28,451 nt of DNA from a virus. Taxonomy: Duplodnaviria; Caudoviricetes. The stretch spans positions 1 through 28,451 of the IMG/VR virus record IMGVR_UViG_3300020340_000009, one strand, 5' to 3'. The position numbers were made by a program, and so were the translations under genes. The notes under the pieces were generated by a model. The model made no database searches. It was not told where the DNA came from and saw nothing but the letters and a program-made list of their open reading frames with translations. Shown here piece after piece: positions 1-7,017 of the stretch (the first letter of the stretch is position 1; every line of letters begins with the position of its first letter).

Positions 1-491
<491 letters not shown>

Positions 492-494
492 TTC

Positions 495-560
495 AAAATT
501 GAATAGTTGATTTCATTGGCGGGGAAAAAATTTCCCGCCAATTTTTTTCTCCAAAAAGTG
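495..560 (+). repeat. Dispersed ~65-bp A/T-tract element, copy 1
   Basis: AAAATTGA(495)...GGAAAAAATTTCCCG(537)..TTTTT..AAAAAGT; similar copies at 9619 and 13417. Confidence 0.7.
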
Positions 561-569
561 TTAAGTTTT

Positions 570-788
570 ATGATTGAACTACTGACTTATTATGTGATCG
601 TCGCTGTCGTATTCGTTGGTGCCCCTGGAGTCTTCTTCTTCATTGCCTTCATGCCCGCTCTTCAAAATACAAAAGGACGTATGGTTGGATACAAAGATCA
701 CAAAACTTATGGTGACTCGTCCATCTACGAAAATACACCAAGTGATACCACAAAATTCTTCTTACAAATTAGCGGAGATCATTCGTGA
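570..788 (+). CDS. Small membrane protein, hypothetical
   Basis: ATG at 570 (MIELLTYYVIVAVVFVGAPGVFFFIAF) gives a hydrophobic N-terminal helix; the longer 507 start runs through the repeat element. Confidence 0.6.
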   Translation: MIELLTYYVIVAVVFVGAPGVFFFIAFMPALQNTKGRMVGYKDHKTYGDSSIYENTPSDTTKFFLQISGDHS

Positions 789-900
789 TACATGGCCTAA
801 TTTGTTTTGGTTAAAAGACAAAAAGAAAAATTCTACAGATTTAAAGGTAAATAACAATGGTAGCAAGTACACTACAAGCACCGACAAGGGGGTGGTTTGA
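709..900 (+). CDS. Possible small hypothetical protein ([11 protein letters not shown] motif), start uncertain (709 or 742)
   Basis: Motif recalled, not verified, from small cyanophage ORFs upstream of psbD; overlaps both neighbours. Confidence 0.35.
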   Translation: MVTRPSTKIHQVIPQNSSYKLAEIIRDTWPNLFWLKDKKKNSTDLKVNNNGSKYTTSTDKGVV

Positions 901-1912
901 TGTCCTGGATGACTGGCTTAAACGAGATCGCTTTGTCTTTGTGGGTTGGTCTGGATTACTTCTTTTTCCCACTGCTTATCTCGCAATTGGTGGTTGGCTT
1001 ACTGGCACGACGTTTGTTACAAGCTGGTACACCCACGGACTCGCAAGTAGTTACCTTGAGGGTGCTAATTTCCTTACAGCGGCTGTGTCAACGCCTGCTG
1101 ATGCTATGGGTCATTCTCTTCTTCTACTTTGGGGTCCTGAGTCTCAGGGAGATTTCCAACGCTGGCTCCAACTTGGGGGACTCTGGAATTTTGTGGCGCT
1201 CCACGGTGCCTTCGCCCTGATTGGTTTCATGCTGCGTCAGTTTGAACTTGCACGTCTTATCGGAATCCGTCCCTACAATGCGATTGCTTTTTCAGGTCCT
1301 ATTGCCGTATTTGTTAGTGTATTTCTCATCTACCCTCTCGGACAATCCAGTTGGTTCTTTGCGCCGAGCTTTGGCGTGGCGGCAATCTTTCGCTTCCTAC
1401 TGTTCCTACAGGGGTTCCACAACTGGACCCTCAACCCCTTTCACATGATGGGTGTTGCTGGTATCCTGGGTGGAGCATTGCTTTCTGCGATCCATGGTGT
1501 TACAGTAGAGAACACACTCTATCAAGATGGTGAACAAGCAAATACATTCAAGGCGTTTGATTCAACGCAAGAGGAAGAAACGTATTCTATGGTTACGGCG
1601 AATCGTTTCTGGTCACAGATCTTTGGTATTGCTTTTAGCAATAAGCGTTGGTTGCATTTCTTTATGCTGTTTGTACCTGTTATGGGGTTATGGACTAGCA
1701 GCATTGGTATCATCGGTCTTGCACTTAATCTTAGGGCTTATGATTTTGTAAGTCAGGAGATTCGTGCGGCGGAAGATCCAGAGTTTGAGACGTTCTATAC
1801 GAAGAATATCCTTCTGAACGAAGGTCTTCGTGCTTGGTTGGCACCAGTTGATCAACCTCACGAGAACTTTGTATTCCCTGAAGAGGTATTGCCAAGAGGT
1901 AATGCTCTATGA
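857..1912 (+). CDS. psbD: Photosystem II D2 protein
   Basis: [23 protein letters not shown] ... [12 protein letters not shown]; 351 aa. Confidence 0.99.
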   Translation: MVASTLQAPTRGWFDVLDDWLKRDRFVFVGWSGLLLFPTAYLAIGGWLTGTTFVTSWYTHGLASSYLEGANFLTAAVSTPADAMGHSLLLLWGPESQGDFQRWLQLGGLWNFVALHGAFALIGFMLRQFELARLIGIRPYNAIAFSGPIAVFVSVFLIYPLGQSSWFFAPSFGVAAIFRFLLFLQGFHNWTLNPFHMMGVAGILGGALLSAIHGVTVENTLYQDGEQANTFKAFDSTQEEETYSMVTANRFWSQIFGIAFSNKRWLHFFMLFVPVMGLWTSSIGIIGLALNLRAYDFVSQEIRAAEDPEFETFYTKNILLNEGLRAWLAPVDQPHENFVFPEEVLPRGNAL

Positions 1913-1918
1913 TATAAT
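1889..1918 (+). promoter_or_regulatory. Sigma70-like promoter for the glutaredoxin operon
   Basis: TTGCCA(1889)-N18-TATAAT(1913) with extended -10 TG. Confidence 0.5.
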
Positions 1919-1920
1919 TA

Positions 1921-1945
1921 GAGGGTCTAATGACCCTCTTTTTTT
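1921..1945 (+). terminator. Rho-independent terminator after psbD
   Basis: GAGGGTC-TAAT-GACCCTC followed by T7. Confidence 0.85.
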
Positions 1946-2197
1946 ATGGAGATAAAAGCATACACATCTAAAGGATGTTTTTACTGTGATCAATTGAAAG
2001 AACTTTTCAAGAGAGCAGAGCTAGAATATGAATCGGTTCTGGTTGATTCCCCACAGCAAAAGAGGGAGTTTAAAACGCAGTATCCAAATGCACTCGGTTA
2101 TCCTCATGTTATTATTGATGGGGAAGAACTAGGAGGACTAGTTGAAGTAGCAAAATACCTAGTTAAAAATGGTTATGTCTCAAGCAAAAAAGAGTGA
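1946..2197 (+). CDS. Glutaredoxin (NrdC-like)
   Basis: CFYC active site, YPHVIIDGEELGG cis-Pro/GG motif, 83 aa. Confidence 0.9.
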   Translation: MEIKAYTSKGCFYCDQLKELFKRAELEYESVLVDSPQQKREFKTQYPNALGYPHVIIDGEELGGLVEVAKYLVKNGYVSSKKE

Positions 2198-2357
2198 TGA
2201 TCTGCACATAAATAGAGGCATAGAGCTCATGTTAAGGAGGGCTAAACCGAAGGACCGAGCGCCCGAACCCAAGGGTGGGTTTGGATTCAAGAGATCATTC
2301 TCCCTCCTCAAACGTAAGTTTTATTTCAACTTAGAGTTTAGGTGGGACCGCAGGTAA
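2169..2357 (+). CDS. Hypothetical basic protein
   Basis: ORF packed in operon; start may be 2175. Confidence 0.6.
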   Translation: MVMSQAKKSDDLHINRGIELMLRRAKPKDRAPEPKGGFGFKRSFSLLKRKFYFNLEFRWDRR

Positions 2358-2377
2358 ACACCACAAGGAGTTGAACA

Positions 2378-2611
2378 ATGGAAACGGCAACAATCCTATT
2401 TTTCTCGGCAACAGCATCTTTCATGTTCTTATGCGTCGGGGTTGTAGCAGGGTGGACAGTCAAAGATTTCGTGCATGATTACTTCTATTCAAGAGAAGAA
2501 GCGATGGCAATGCATCCAGAGATGTACGATGACGATGGCATTATTATTAACGAAGAACTATTATCAGTGAGATTTATTGAGGACGACGACGATGAAACTT
2601 TTGATGCATGA
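2378..2611 (+). CDS. Hypothetical membrane-anchored protein with acidic tail
   Basis: AGGAG RBS, N-terminal TM helix, HPEMYD motif. Confidence 0.75.
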   Translation: METATILFFSATASFMFLCVGVVAGWTVKDFVHDYFYSREEAMAMHPEMYDDDGIIINEELLSVRFIEDDDDETFDA

Positions 2612-3023
2612 GGTACTTCAAAAAGTATCAAACGCAAAGACTAAAGCAGAGAAGATTAAACTTCTTAGGGAACACAACACACAGGCATTGCGTTCCCTTC
2701 TTATCATTAATTTTGACGAGAGTATTATCTCTCTGCTTCCAGACGGTGAACCTCCTTTCCAAAAGAATGAGTCTCCAGAAGGAACTGATCATACTAAACT
2801 AGAAAAAGAAGCACGTATTCTTCATCACTTTTTTAAAGGTGGTTCTAGTATCGCCAAGGCAAAGAGAGAATCCATGTTCATTCAGATGCTTGAAGGTCTC
2901 AGTGAGGGCGAAGCAAATGTTTTGATTCTTGCCAAGGATAAGAAACTTGGTAAGCGTTGGAAGATCACTAAGCAGTGTGTGGAAGAAGCTTTCCCCGCTA
3001 TTCAGTGGGGAGGGCGTTCCTGA
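2592..3023 (+). CDS. Conserved T4-like phage hypothetical protein
   Basis: MKLLMHEVLQKVSNAKTKAEKI...RESMFIQMLEGL; start chosen at 2592. Confidence 0.75.
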   Translation: MKLLMHEVLQKVSNAKTKAEKIKLLREHNTQALRSLLIINFDESIISLLPDGEPPFQKNESPEGTDHTKLEKEARILHHFFKGGSSIAKAKRESMFIQMLEGLSEGEANVLILAKDKKLGKRWKITKQCVEEAFPAIQWGGRS

Positions 3024-3268
3024 TGGGAAAAGGTTGTAAGATCATTCATAAAGATTGTGATCCTTCTCTTTGTCAGGATAGGTCTCTCCCCTACACTGCT
3101 TTCATGATTGAGTATGTTGAGGGTGGTGTCACTAAGTTTGATATTGCTACGGGTCCTAAACAAGTGGACATTTTTGACGACTACTATGATAAGTATCGTC
3201 AAGACTTTAGGAACATGACACACACTGAGGGTAGAGTCAATCCAAAGATGTGGAATCCTAAGAAATAA
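3023..3268 (+). CDS. Conserved cyanophage hypothetical protein
   Basis: TGATG stop/start coupling; MGKGCKIIHKDCDP...GRVNPKMW. Confidence 0.75.
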   Translation: MGKGCKIIHKDCDPSLCQDRSLPYTAFMIEYVEGGVTKFDIATGPKQVDIFDDYYDKYRQDFRNMTHTEGRVNPKMWNPKK

Positions 3269-3273
3269 TAAAT

Positions 3274-3289
3274 TGTATCGGATGATACA
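3274..3289. promoter_or_regulatory. NtcA-like binding site
   Basis: TGTATC-GGAT-GATACA fits TGTA-N8-TACA with 6-bp palindromic arms, immediately upstream of a -35 box. Confidence 0.6.
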
Positions 3290-3290
3290 G

Positions 3291-3320
3291 TTGACAAGGC
3301 ATAGATAGTATTGGTACAAT
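3291..3320 (+). promoter_or_regulatory. Sigma70 promoter
   Basis: TTGACA(3291)-N18-TACAAT(3315); predicted start ~3327 coincides with the 5' end of aptamer 1. Confidence 0.75.
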
Positions 3321-3327
3321 TACCATA

Positions 3328-3560
3328 CGTTCATCTTATGCTCAGCATCTTGCTGGCATTGACCCTTGCCCATCATGATGACGGCAACCCCTACGGGTGG
3401 CACATGTCCTGTGAAAGGTTCCTCCAACGTCGTGTGGAGATTCAAATGGATCCCAACCTAGATCAACGATCTAAGTGGAGTCTGATTGGATACCTCAAGA
3501 CAAAGGTGGAAGGTCAATGTGAAGGTGCTTATACATAAGACGCAAGTAAGTCGCGGAACG
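3328..3560 (+). ncRNA. Glutamine riboswitch-like aptamer 1 with ORF-containing P2
   Basis: P1 CGTTC(3328)/GAACG(3556); P2 TCTTATG(3334)/CATAAGA(3534); GACGCAAGT junction resembling glnA/Downstream-peptide motifs. Confidence 0.7.
3338..3538 (+). CDS. Small 66-aa protein nested in aptamer 1 (hydrophobic N-terminus, 2 Cys)
   Basis: MLSILLALTLAHHDD...MSCERF...KVEGQCEGAYT; similar to ORF 3574-3741. Confidence 0.7.
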   Translation: MLSILLALTLAHHDDGNPYGWHMSCERFLQRRVEIQMDPNLDQRSKWSLIGYLKTKVEGQCEGAYT

Positions 3561-3563
3561 GAG

Positions 3564-3774
3564 CGTTCATCCCATGATTGAGTTACTACTCTATTCAACA
3601 ATGGCATGTGCAGATGCTGATGCTTTAATCCTTGGGATTAAAAAGCATGAGGATCTGAAGCCACAGTGGAAAATAGAACTGGTGGAGACCGTAAAGGAAT
3701 CAGTGCCAGAATGTGACTACTACTGGGACGCAAACGACTGAAGGAACGGCATTAAACACGCCATACTTCAGGAG
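3564..3774 (+). ncRNA. Glutamine-II (Downstream-peptide)-like aptamer 2 with ORF-containing P2 and RBS-proximal pairing
   Basis: CGTTCATCCCA...TGGGACGCAAACGACTGAAGGAACGG; CTGAAG(3738) pairs with CTTCAG(3766), overlapping the AGGAG RBS of the YRG-motif gene. Confidence 0.75.
3574..3741 (+). CDS. Small 55-aa protein nested in aptamer 2 (absent from ORF track)
   Basis: Translated by hand: MIELLLYSTMACADADALILGIKKHEDLKPQWKIELVETVKESVPECDYYWDAND; GGAG 10 nt upstream. Confidence 0.7.
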   Translation: MIELLLYSTMACADADALILGIKKHEDLKPQWKIELVETVKESVPECDYYWDAND

Positions 3775-3781
3775 AAGACAA

Positions 3782-3946
3782 ATGAACACACTTACTCTTA
3801 TCAAAAAGCAGATTGAGAAGGCAGCACGTCTTCATGATGCACAGATTCTTCATACCACCTATCGTGGTGTTAAGTACGAGTGTCAGCAAGGCGGTGAGTT
3901 AACTCACGGCACTTTCTGCTATCGCGGTCACACATACACCAAGTAA
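3782..3946 (+). CDS. DUF4278-like YRG-repeat peptide
   Basis: AGGAG RBS; TYRGVKY and CYRGHTY motifs; lies behind a Downstream-peptide-like RNA. Confidence 0.8.
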   Translation: MNTLTLIKKQIEKAARLHDAQILHTTYRGVKYECQQGGELTHGTFCYRGHTYTK

Positions 3947-3951
3947 ATACC

Positions 3952-4047
3952 ATGTTAACACTACAAGTCGTCGGACTAACGTCCCTAGGTTGTGTAGCAT
4001 TCATTGGTATGATTTATGGTGAACTCCTGTTATTAAACAGGGGGTAA
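3952..4047 (+). CDS. 31-aa single-TM peptide
   Basis: MLTLQVVGLTSLGCVAFIGMIYGELLLLNRG; fills the gap between two YRG ORFs. Confidence 0.55.
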   Translation: MLTLQVVGLTSLGCVAFIGMIYGELLLLNRG

Positions 4048-4052
4048 GACGG

Positions 4053-4211
4053 ATGCTGAAGGTCAAGTTTGAATATGACCTTCCAGAATACGATCCTTTG
4101 AAGCACGATCCAGATAAAACTTTTGCGTTTTTGACTTATCGTGGAGTCCATTATGCTAAGTGGGTAAACTTAAAACCATTTCGTTTACCACCCTGGAAAG
4201 TCAATTCATAA
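4053..4211 (+). CDS. 52-aa YRG-motif peptide (DUF4278-like)
   Basis: MLKVKFEYDLPEYDPLKHDPDKTFAFLTYRGVHYAKWVNL...; AGGGGG upstream. Confidence 0.65.
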   Translation: MLKVKFEYDLPEYDPLKHDPDKTFAFLTYRGVHYAKWVNLKPFRLPPWKVNS

Positions 4212-4230
4212 AACTAAATACAATTTGGTT

Positions 4231-4259
4231 AAGAGAGGTCAAGTTACCTCTCTTTTTTT
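4231..4259 (+). terminator. Rho-independent terminator
   Basis: AAGAGAGGT-CAAGTT-ACCTCTCTT plus T-run. Confidence 0.85.
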
Positions 4260-4387
4260 GTGGTAACACATCTATTTTTGTATAATTCACTACCTTTTCT
4301 CCTACATAGTAGTAGAATTATGTGAGGTGACAAAATGATCCCTAACCCCTCCCTTTGTTATTTTGACCACGATATGGAGGTGACTAA

Positions 4388-4561
4388 ATGCACAATCTAT
4401 TATCACGCGCTCAGTTAGATGAGTGGCGACACTTTGAAGATACTTTGGATGAATTAACTATAGAAAACCAAAAATTAAATGACTACTATGAGTGTCTTAT
4501 TGAATGTGATTCGTTAAATCAATCTGAGTGCAAAAGGATATGCAGGAGGATACTGATGTAA
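4388..4561 (+). CDS. 57-aa protein with twin CxxxC motifs (absent from ORF track)
   Basis: GGAGGTGA RBS; MHNLLSRAQLDEWRHF...YYECLIECDSLNQSECKRICRRILM. Confidence 0.75.
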   Translation: MHNLLSRAQLDEWRHFEDTLDELTIENQKLNDYYECLIECDSLNQSECKRICRRILM

Positions 4562-4568
4562 AAATGGC

Positions 4569-4605
4569 AGGAGGGGTTGATACCCCTCCTTTTTTATGTT
4601 ATAAT
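4569..4605 (+). terminator. Terminator with embedded sigma70 promoter
   Basis: AGGAGGGG-TTGATA-CCCCTCCT plus T-run; TTGATA(4577)-N17-TATAAT(4600). Confidence 0.75.
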
Positions 4606-4626
4606 GAATGCATCTGTAACCTAAAT

Positions 4627-4797
4627 ATGGATAGAGAAAAACTTAAACTCATCGTCAAGAACCTCAAGTCTCTGACAAATGCATTAGAGAGTGAGGTTTA
4701 TTCTGATACTGATGCATACAAGATCCAGTTGCAGCAGGGAGGACCACAGTTCGGATTCAATTATGATGAAGGAGACGATGACGGATACCCAGACTGA
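4627..4797 (+). CDS. Conserved cyanophage hypothetical protein
   Basis: MDREKLKLIVKNLKSL..ALESEVYSD...DDDGYPD. Confidence 0.75.
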   Translation: MDREKLKLIVKNLKSLTNALESEVYSDTDAYKIQLQQGGPQFGFNYDEGDDDGYPD

Positions 4798-5047
4798 TTG
4801 GCGTTATAGTGATGAACGCATGGAGTATAGGCAGGCAGCTCTTAGAGTTCTGCTTGCTCGTTTCGGACATCAACTAGAGAATGGTGTGCCAATGTATTCT
4901 ACACAGTCAATTTATGAGTGCGCTCATGATTGGGTGTCGCAGGGTAATGTTAGACCCGATGGCATTGTAAAATACTACTTGGCATATTATGACACGATTA
5001 AAAGATCAGATCCGATTAGCGAAGAAAGCTCTGAAGGAAGCACGTAA
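4778..5047 (+). CDS. Hypothetical protein
   Basis: AGGAG RBS before ATG 4778; DWRYSDERM...IYECAHDWVSQG. Confidence 0.7.
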   Translation: MTDTQTDWRYSDERMEYRQAALRVLLARFGHQLENGVPMYSTQSIYECAHDWVSQGNVRPDGIVKYYLAYYDTIKRSDPISEESSEGST

Positions 5048-5261
5048 AAAACCTGGACTATATACTGATGCTGAATTGCAGTACATGGCAATGCAGTTAG
5101 TCCGTGCTAAAATAGCACTGAAAGCAAAACAATTACAGCGCAAGCAGGAGAAAGGATTTAGTAATGAATTCAGTGAAACTAGTGACAGTCACTCCCGAAG
5201 CGGAGAAGACGATGGGGTACGTAGCGAGAGTGAGCAATCCAAACAACCAGGAGAACCCTAA
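4989..5261 (+). CDS. Hypothetical basic protein
   Basis: MTRLKDQIRLAKKALK...KGF; C-terminus overlaps thyX. Confidence 0.6.
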   Translation: MTRLKDQIRLAKKALKEARKKPGLYTDAELQYMAMQLVRAKIALKAKQLQRKQEKGFSNEFSETSDSHSRSGEDDGVRSESEQSKQPGEP

Positions 5262-5802
5262 GGTTGCTGGTCTGCTAAAGTATTGCATCAAACACAACCA
5301 CTGGTCCGTGTTTGAGCAAGCACACATGACCCTTGAGATTGAAACTACTCGCGGAATCGCAGCTCAAATTTTGCGTCACCGTTCGTTCACATATCAAGAG
5401 TTTTCCCAACGGTATGCTGACAGTTCTATGCTGGCAGATAACATTCCTCTACCTGAACTTCGTCGTCAGGATACGAAGAACCGTCAGAATTCTATTGATG
5501 ATATTGATCCTTTCACTCGTCAAGAGTTTCAAATCAAAATGCAACGGCACTTTGATGAGGGAATGAAACTCTATAAAGAAATGCTTGATGCATCAATCGC
5601 AAAAGAGTGTGCTCGTTTTGTGCTTCCCCTCGCCGTGCCCACAAAAATCTACATGACGGGATCAGTTCGGTCATGGATCCATTATATTGAATTGCGTTCC
5701 GCTAATGGTACGCAGAAAGAACACATGGATATTGCACTAGATGCTAAGCGTGTGTTCGCAGAACAGTTCCCTATTTGTGCGGAGGCACTTGATTGGTTAT
5801 GA
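5164..5802 (+). CDS. thyX: Flavin-dependent thymidylate synthase
   Basis: HWSVFE and RHRSFTYQEFSQRY (RHRx7-8S) motif, KECARFVLP. Confidence 0.97.
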   Translation: MNSVKLVTVTPEAEKTMGYVARVSNPNNQENPKVAGLLKYCIKHNHWSVFEQAHMTLEIETTRGIAAQILRHRSFTYQEFSQRYADSSMLADNIPLPELRRQDTKNRQNSIDDIDPFTRQEFQIKMQRHFDEGMKLYKEMLDASIAKECARFVLPLAVPTKIYMTGSVRSWIHYIELRSANGTQKEHMDIALDAKRVFAEQFPICAEALDWL

Positions 5803-6020
5803 AACTACTTACACTAGAAGACTATCAAAAAGCAGGCGAAACCTTTTGGCCTAAGTATTGGTACGTTGCTAAAGAACTAGGAGAAGATGCTAAACCTGAG
5901 CAAGTTCTCAAAGTTATGGAAGCAGTCGGTGGACTTGCACTTAGATTCGCACTAGAAGAAAAGGAAGGACCATTCGGATTCAATAAAAAGGAGGAGGAAA
6001 ATGCCGACGTATCCAGTTAA
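5799..6020 (+). CDS. Conserved cyanophage hypothetical protein
   Basis: ATGA overlap with thyX; MKLLTLEDYQKAGETFWPKYWYVAKELG. Confidence 0.75.
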   Translation: MKLLTLEDYQKAGETFWPKYWYVAKELGEDAKPEQVLKVMEAVGGLALRFALEEKEGPFGFNKKEEENADVSS

Positions 6021-6264
6021 AAATTTAAAGACAGGGGAGACCCAAGAACTTCACATGACCATGAAAGAATACATGACATGGAAGGAAGAGAATCCTGACT
6101 GGGATAAAGATTGGTCTAAAGGTTGCGCTGGTGCTGGTGAAACTGGTGACTGGCGTGATAAAATGTCCAAGACACATCCTGGTTGGAAGGATGTTATGTC
6201 CAAAGTAAAAGAGGCTCCTGGTTACGGGAACTCAACCAAACACAAAGACGGTTATCAATGGTGA
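6001..6264 (+). CDS. Hypothetical protein (FmdB-like N-terminus without Cys pairs)
   Basis: GGAGGAGG RBS; MPTYPVKN..TGE; usual position upstream of phoH. Confidence 0.75.
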   Translation: MPTYPVKNLKTGETQELHMTMKEYMTWKEENPDWDKDWSKGCAGAGETGDWRDKMSKTHPGWKDVMSKVKEAPGYGNSTKHKDGYQW

Positions 6265-6267
6265 ACT

Positions 6268-7017
6268 ATGGCTAGAGGAAGAGGAAACAAGGCACCTGGA
6301 CAAGGGATGTCTAAGAAACAACTGAAGCGTAAGAAACCAATTAATGAGTCTTACCTTCTTGATATTGAACCACTTACTGACAATCAGGAGATCTTCTTTG
6401 ATCAGTGGGCTCAAGGTAAAAACATGTTTGGGTATGGTGCTGCTGGTACAGGTAAAACATTCATTGCATTGTATCTCGCACTGCAAGATATCCTAGATGA
6501 GAATTCTCCATACGAGAAGTTATACATCGTCCGTTCTCTCGTTGCAACTAGAGAGATTGGTTTCCTCCCAGGCACACACGAAGACAAAGCATCTCTCTAT
6601 CAGATACCATATAAAAATATGGTAAAGCATATGTTTGAGATGCCAGATGATAATAGTTTTGAGATGCTTTATGAAAATCTGAAGCATCAAGAAACTGTTT
6701 CCTTCTGGTCTACATCGTTCCTTCGTGGTACTACACTTGACAATGCAGTTATCATTGTTGATGAGTGTCAGAACCTAAACTTCCATGAACTTGATTCCAT
6801 CATGACTCGTGTTGGACAAGATTCTAAGGTTTGTTTCTGCGGTGACATCAATCAGTCTGACTTGCAGAAGACTAATGAAAGGAATGGTATCCTTGACTTC
6901 CAAAGAATCTTGGAGAACATGGAAGAGTTTTCTATGGTTGAGTTCGGTGTAGAAGACATCGTTCGTTCTGGACTCGTCAAGTCCTATCTCGTTAGTAAAT
7001 TGTCTCTTGGTTTGTAA
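6268..7017 (+). CDS. phoH: PhoH-family ATPase
   Basis: Walker A GAAGTGKT, IGFLPG, FLRGTT, IIVDECQN, CGDINQSD. Confidence 0.97.
   Translation: MARGRGNKAPGQGMSKKQLKRKKPINESYLLDIEPLTDNQEIFFDQWAQGKNMFGYGAAGTGKTFIALYLALQDILDENSPYEKLYIVRSLVATREIGFLPGTHEDKASLYQIPYKNMVKHMFEMPDDNSFEMLYENLKHQETVSFWSTSFLRGTTLDNAVIIVDECQNLNFHELDSIMTRVGQDSKVCFCGDINQSDLQKTNERNGILDFQRILENMEEFSMVEFGVEDIVRSGLVKSYLVSKLSLGL

Noticed and set aside
1530-1800. Apparent shift to T-rich codons in psbD suggesting mosaicism
   Set aside because: Impression only, not quantified; intragenic recombination in phage psb genes is already well known
3713-3781. N-terminal extension of the YRG ORF in the track
   Set aside because: It runs through the aptamer; the AGGAG RBS supports ATG 3782
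4280-4293. Second GTA-N8-TAC NtcA-like box
   Set aside because: Only the minimal 6 bp match, several of which are expected by chance in 28 kb; -10 spacing is non-canonical
4528-4626. Upstream extension of ORF 4627-4797
   Set aside because: Crosses a terminator/promoter and overlaps the CxxxC gene
5164-5261. 98-nt overlap of ORF 4989 with thyX as functional dual coding
   Set aside because: The tail after KGF is low-complexity Ser/Glu and more likely reflects a lost stop codon
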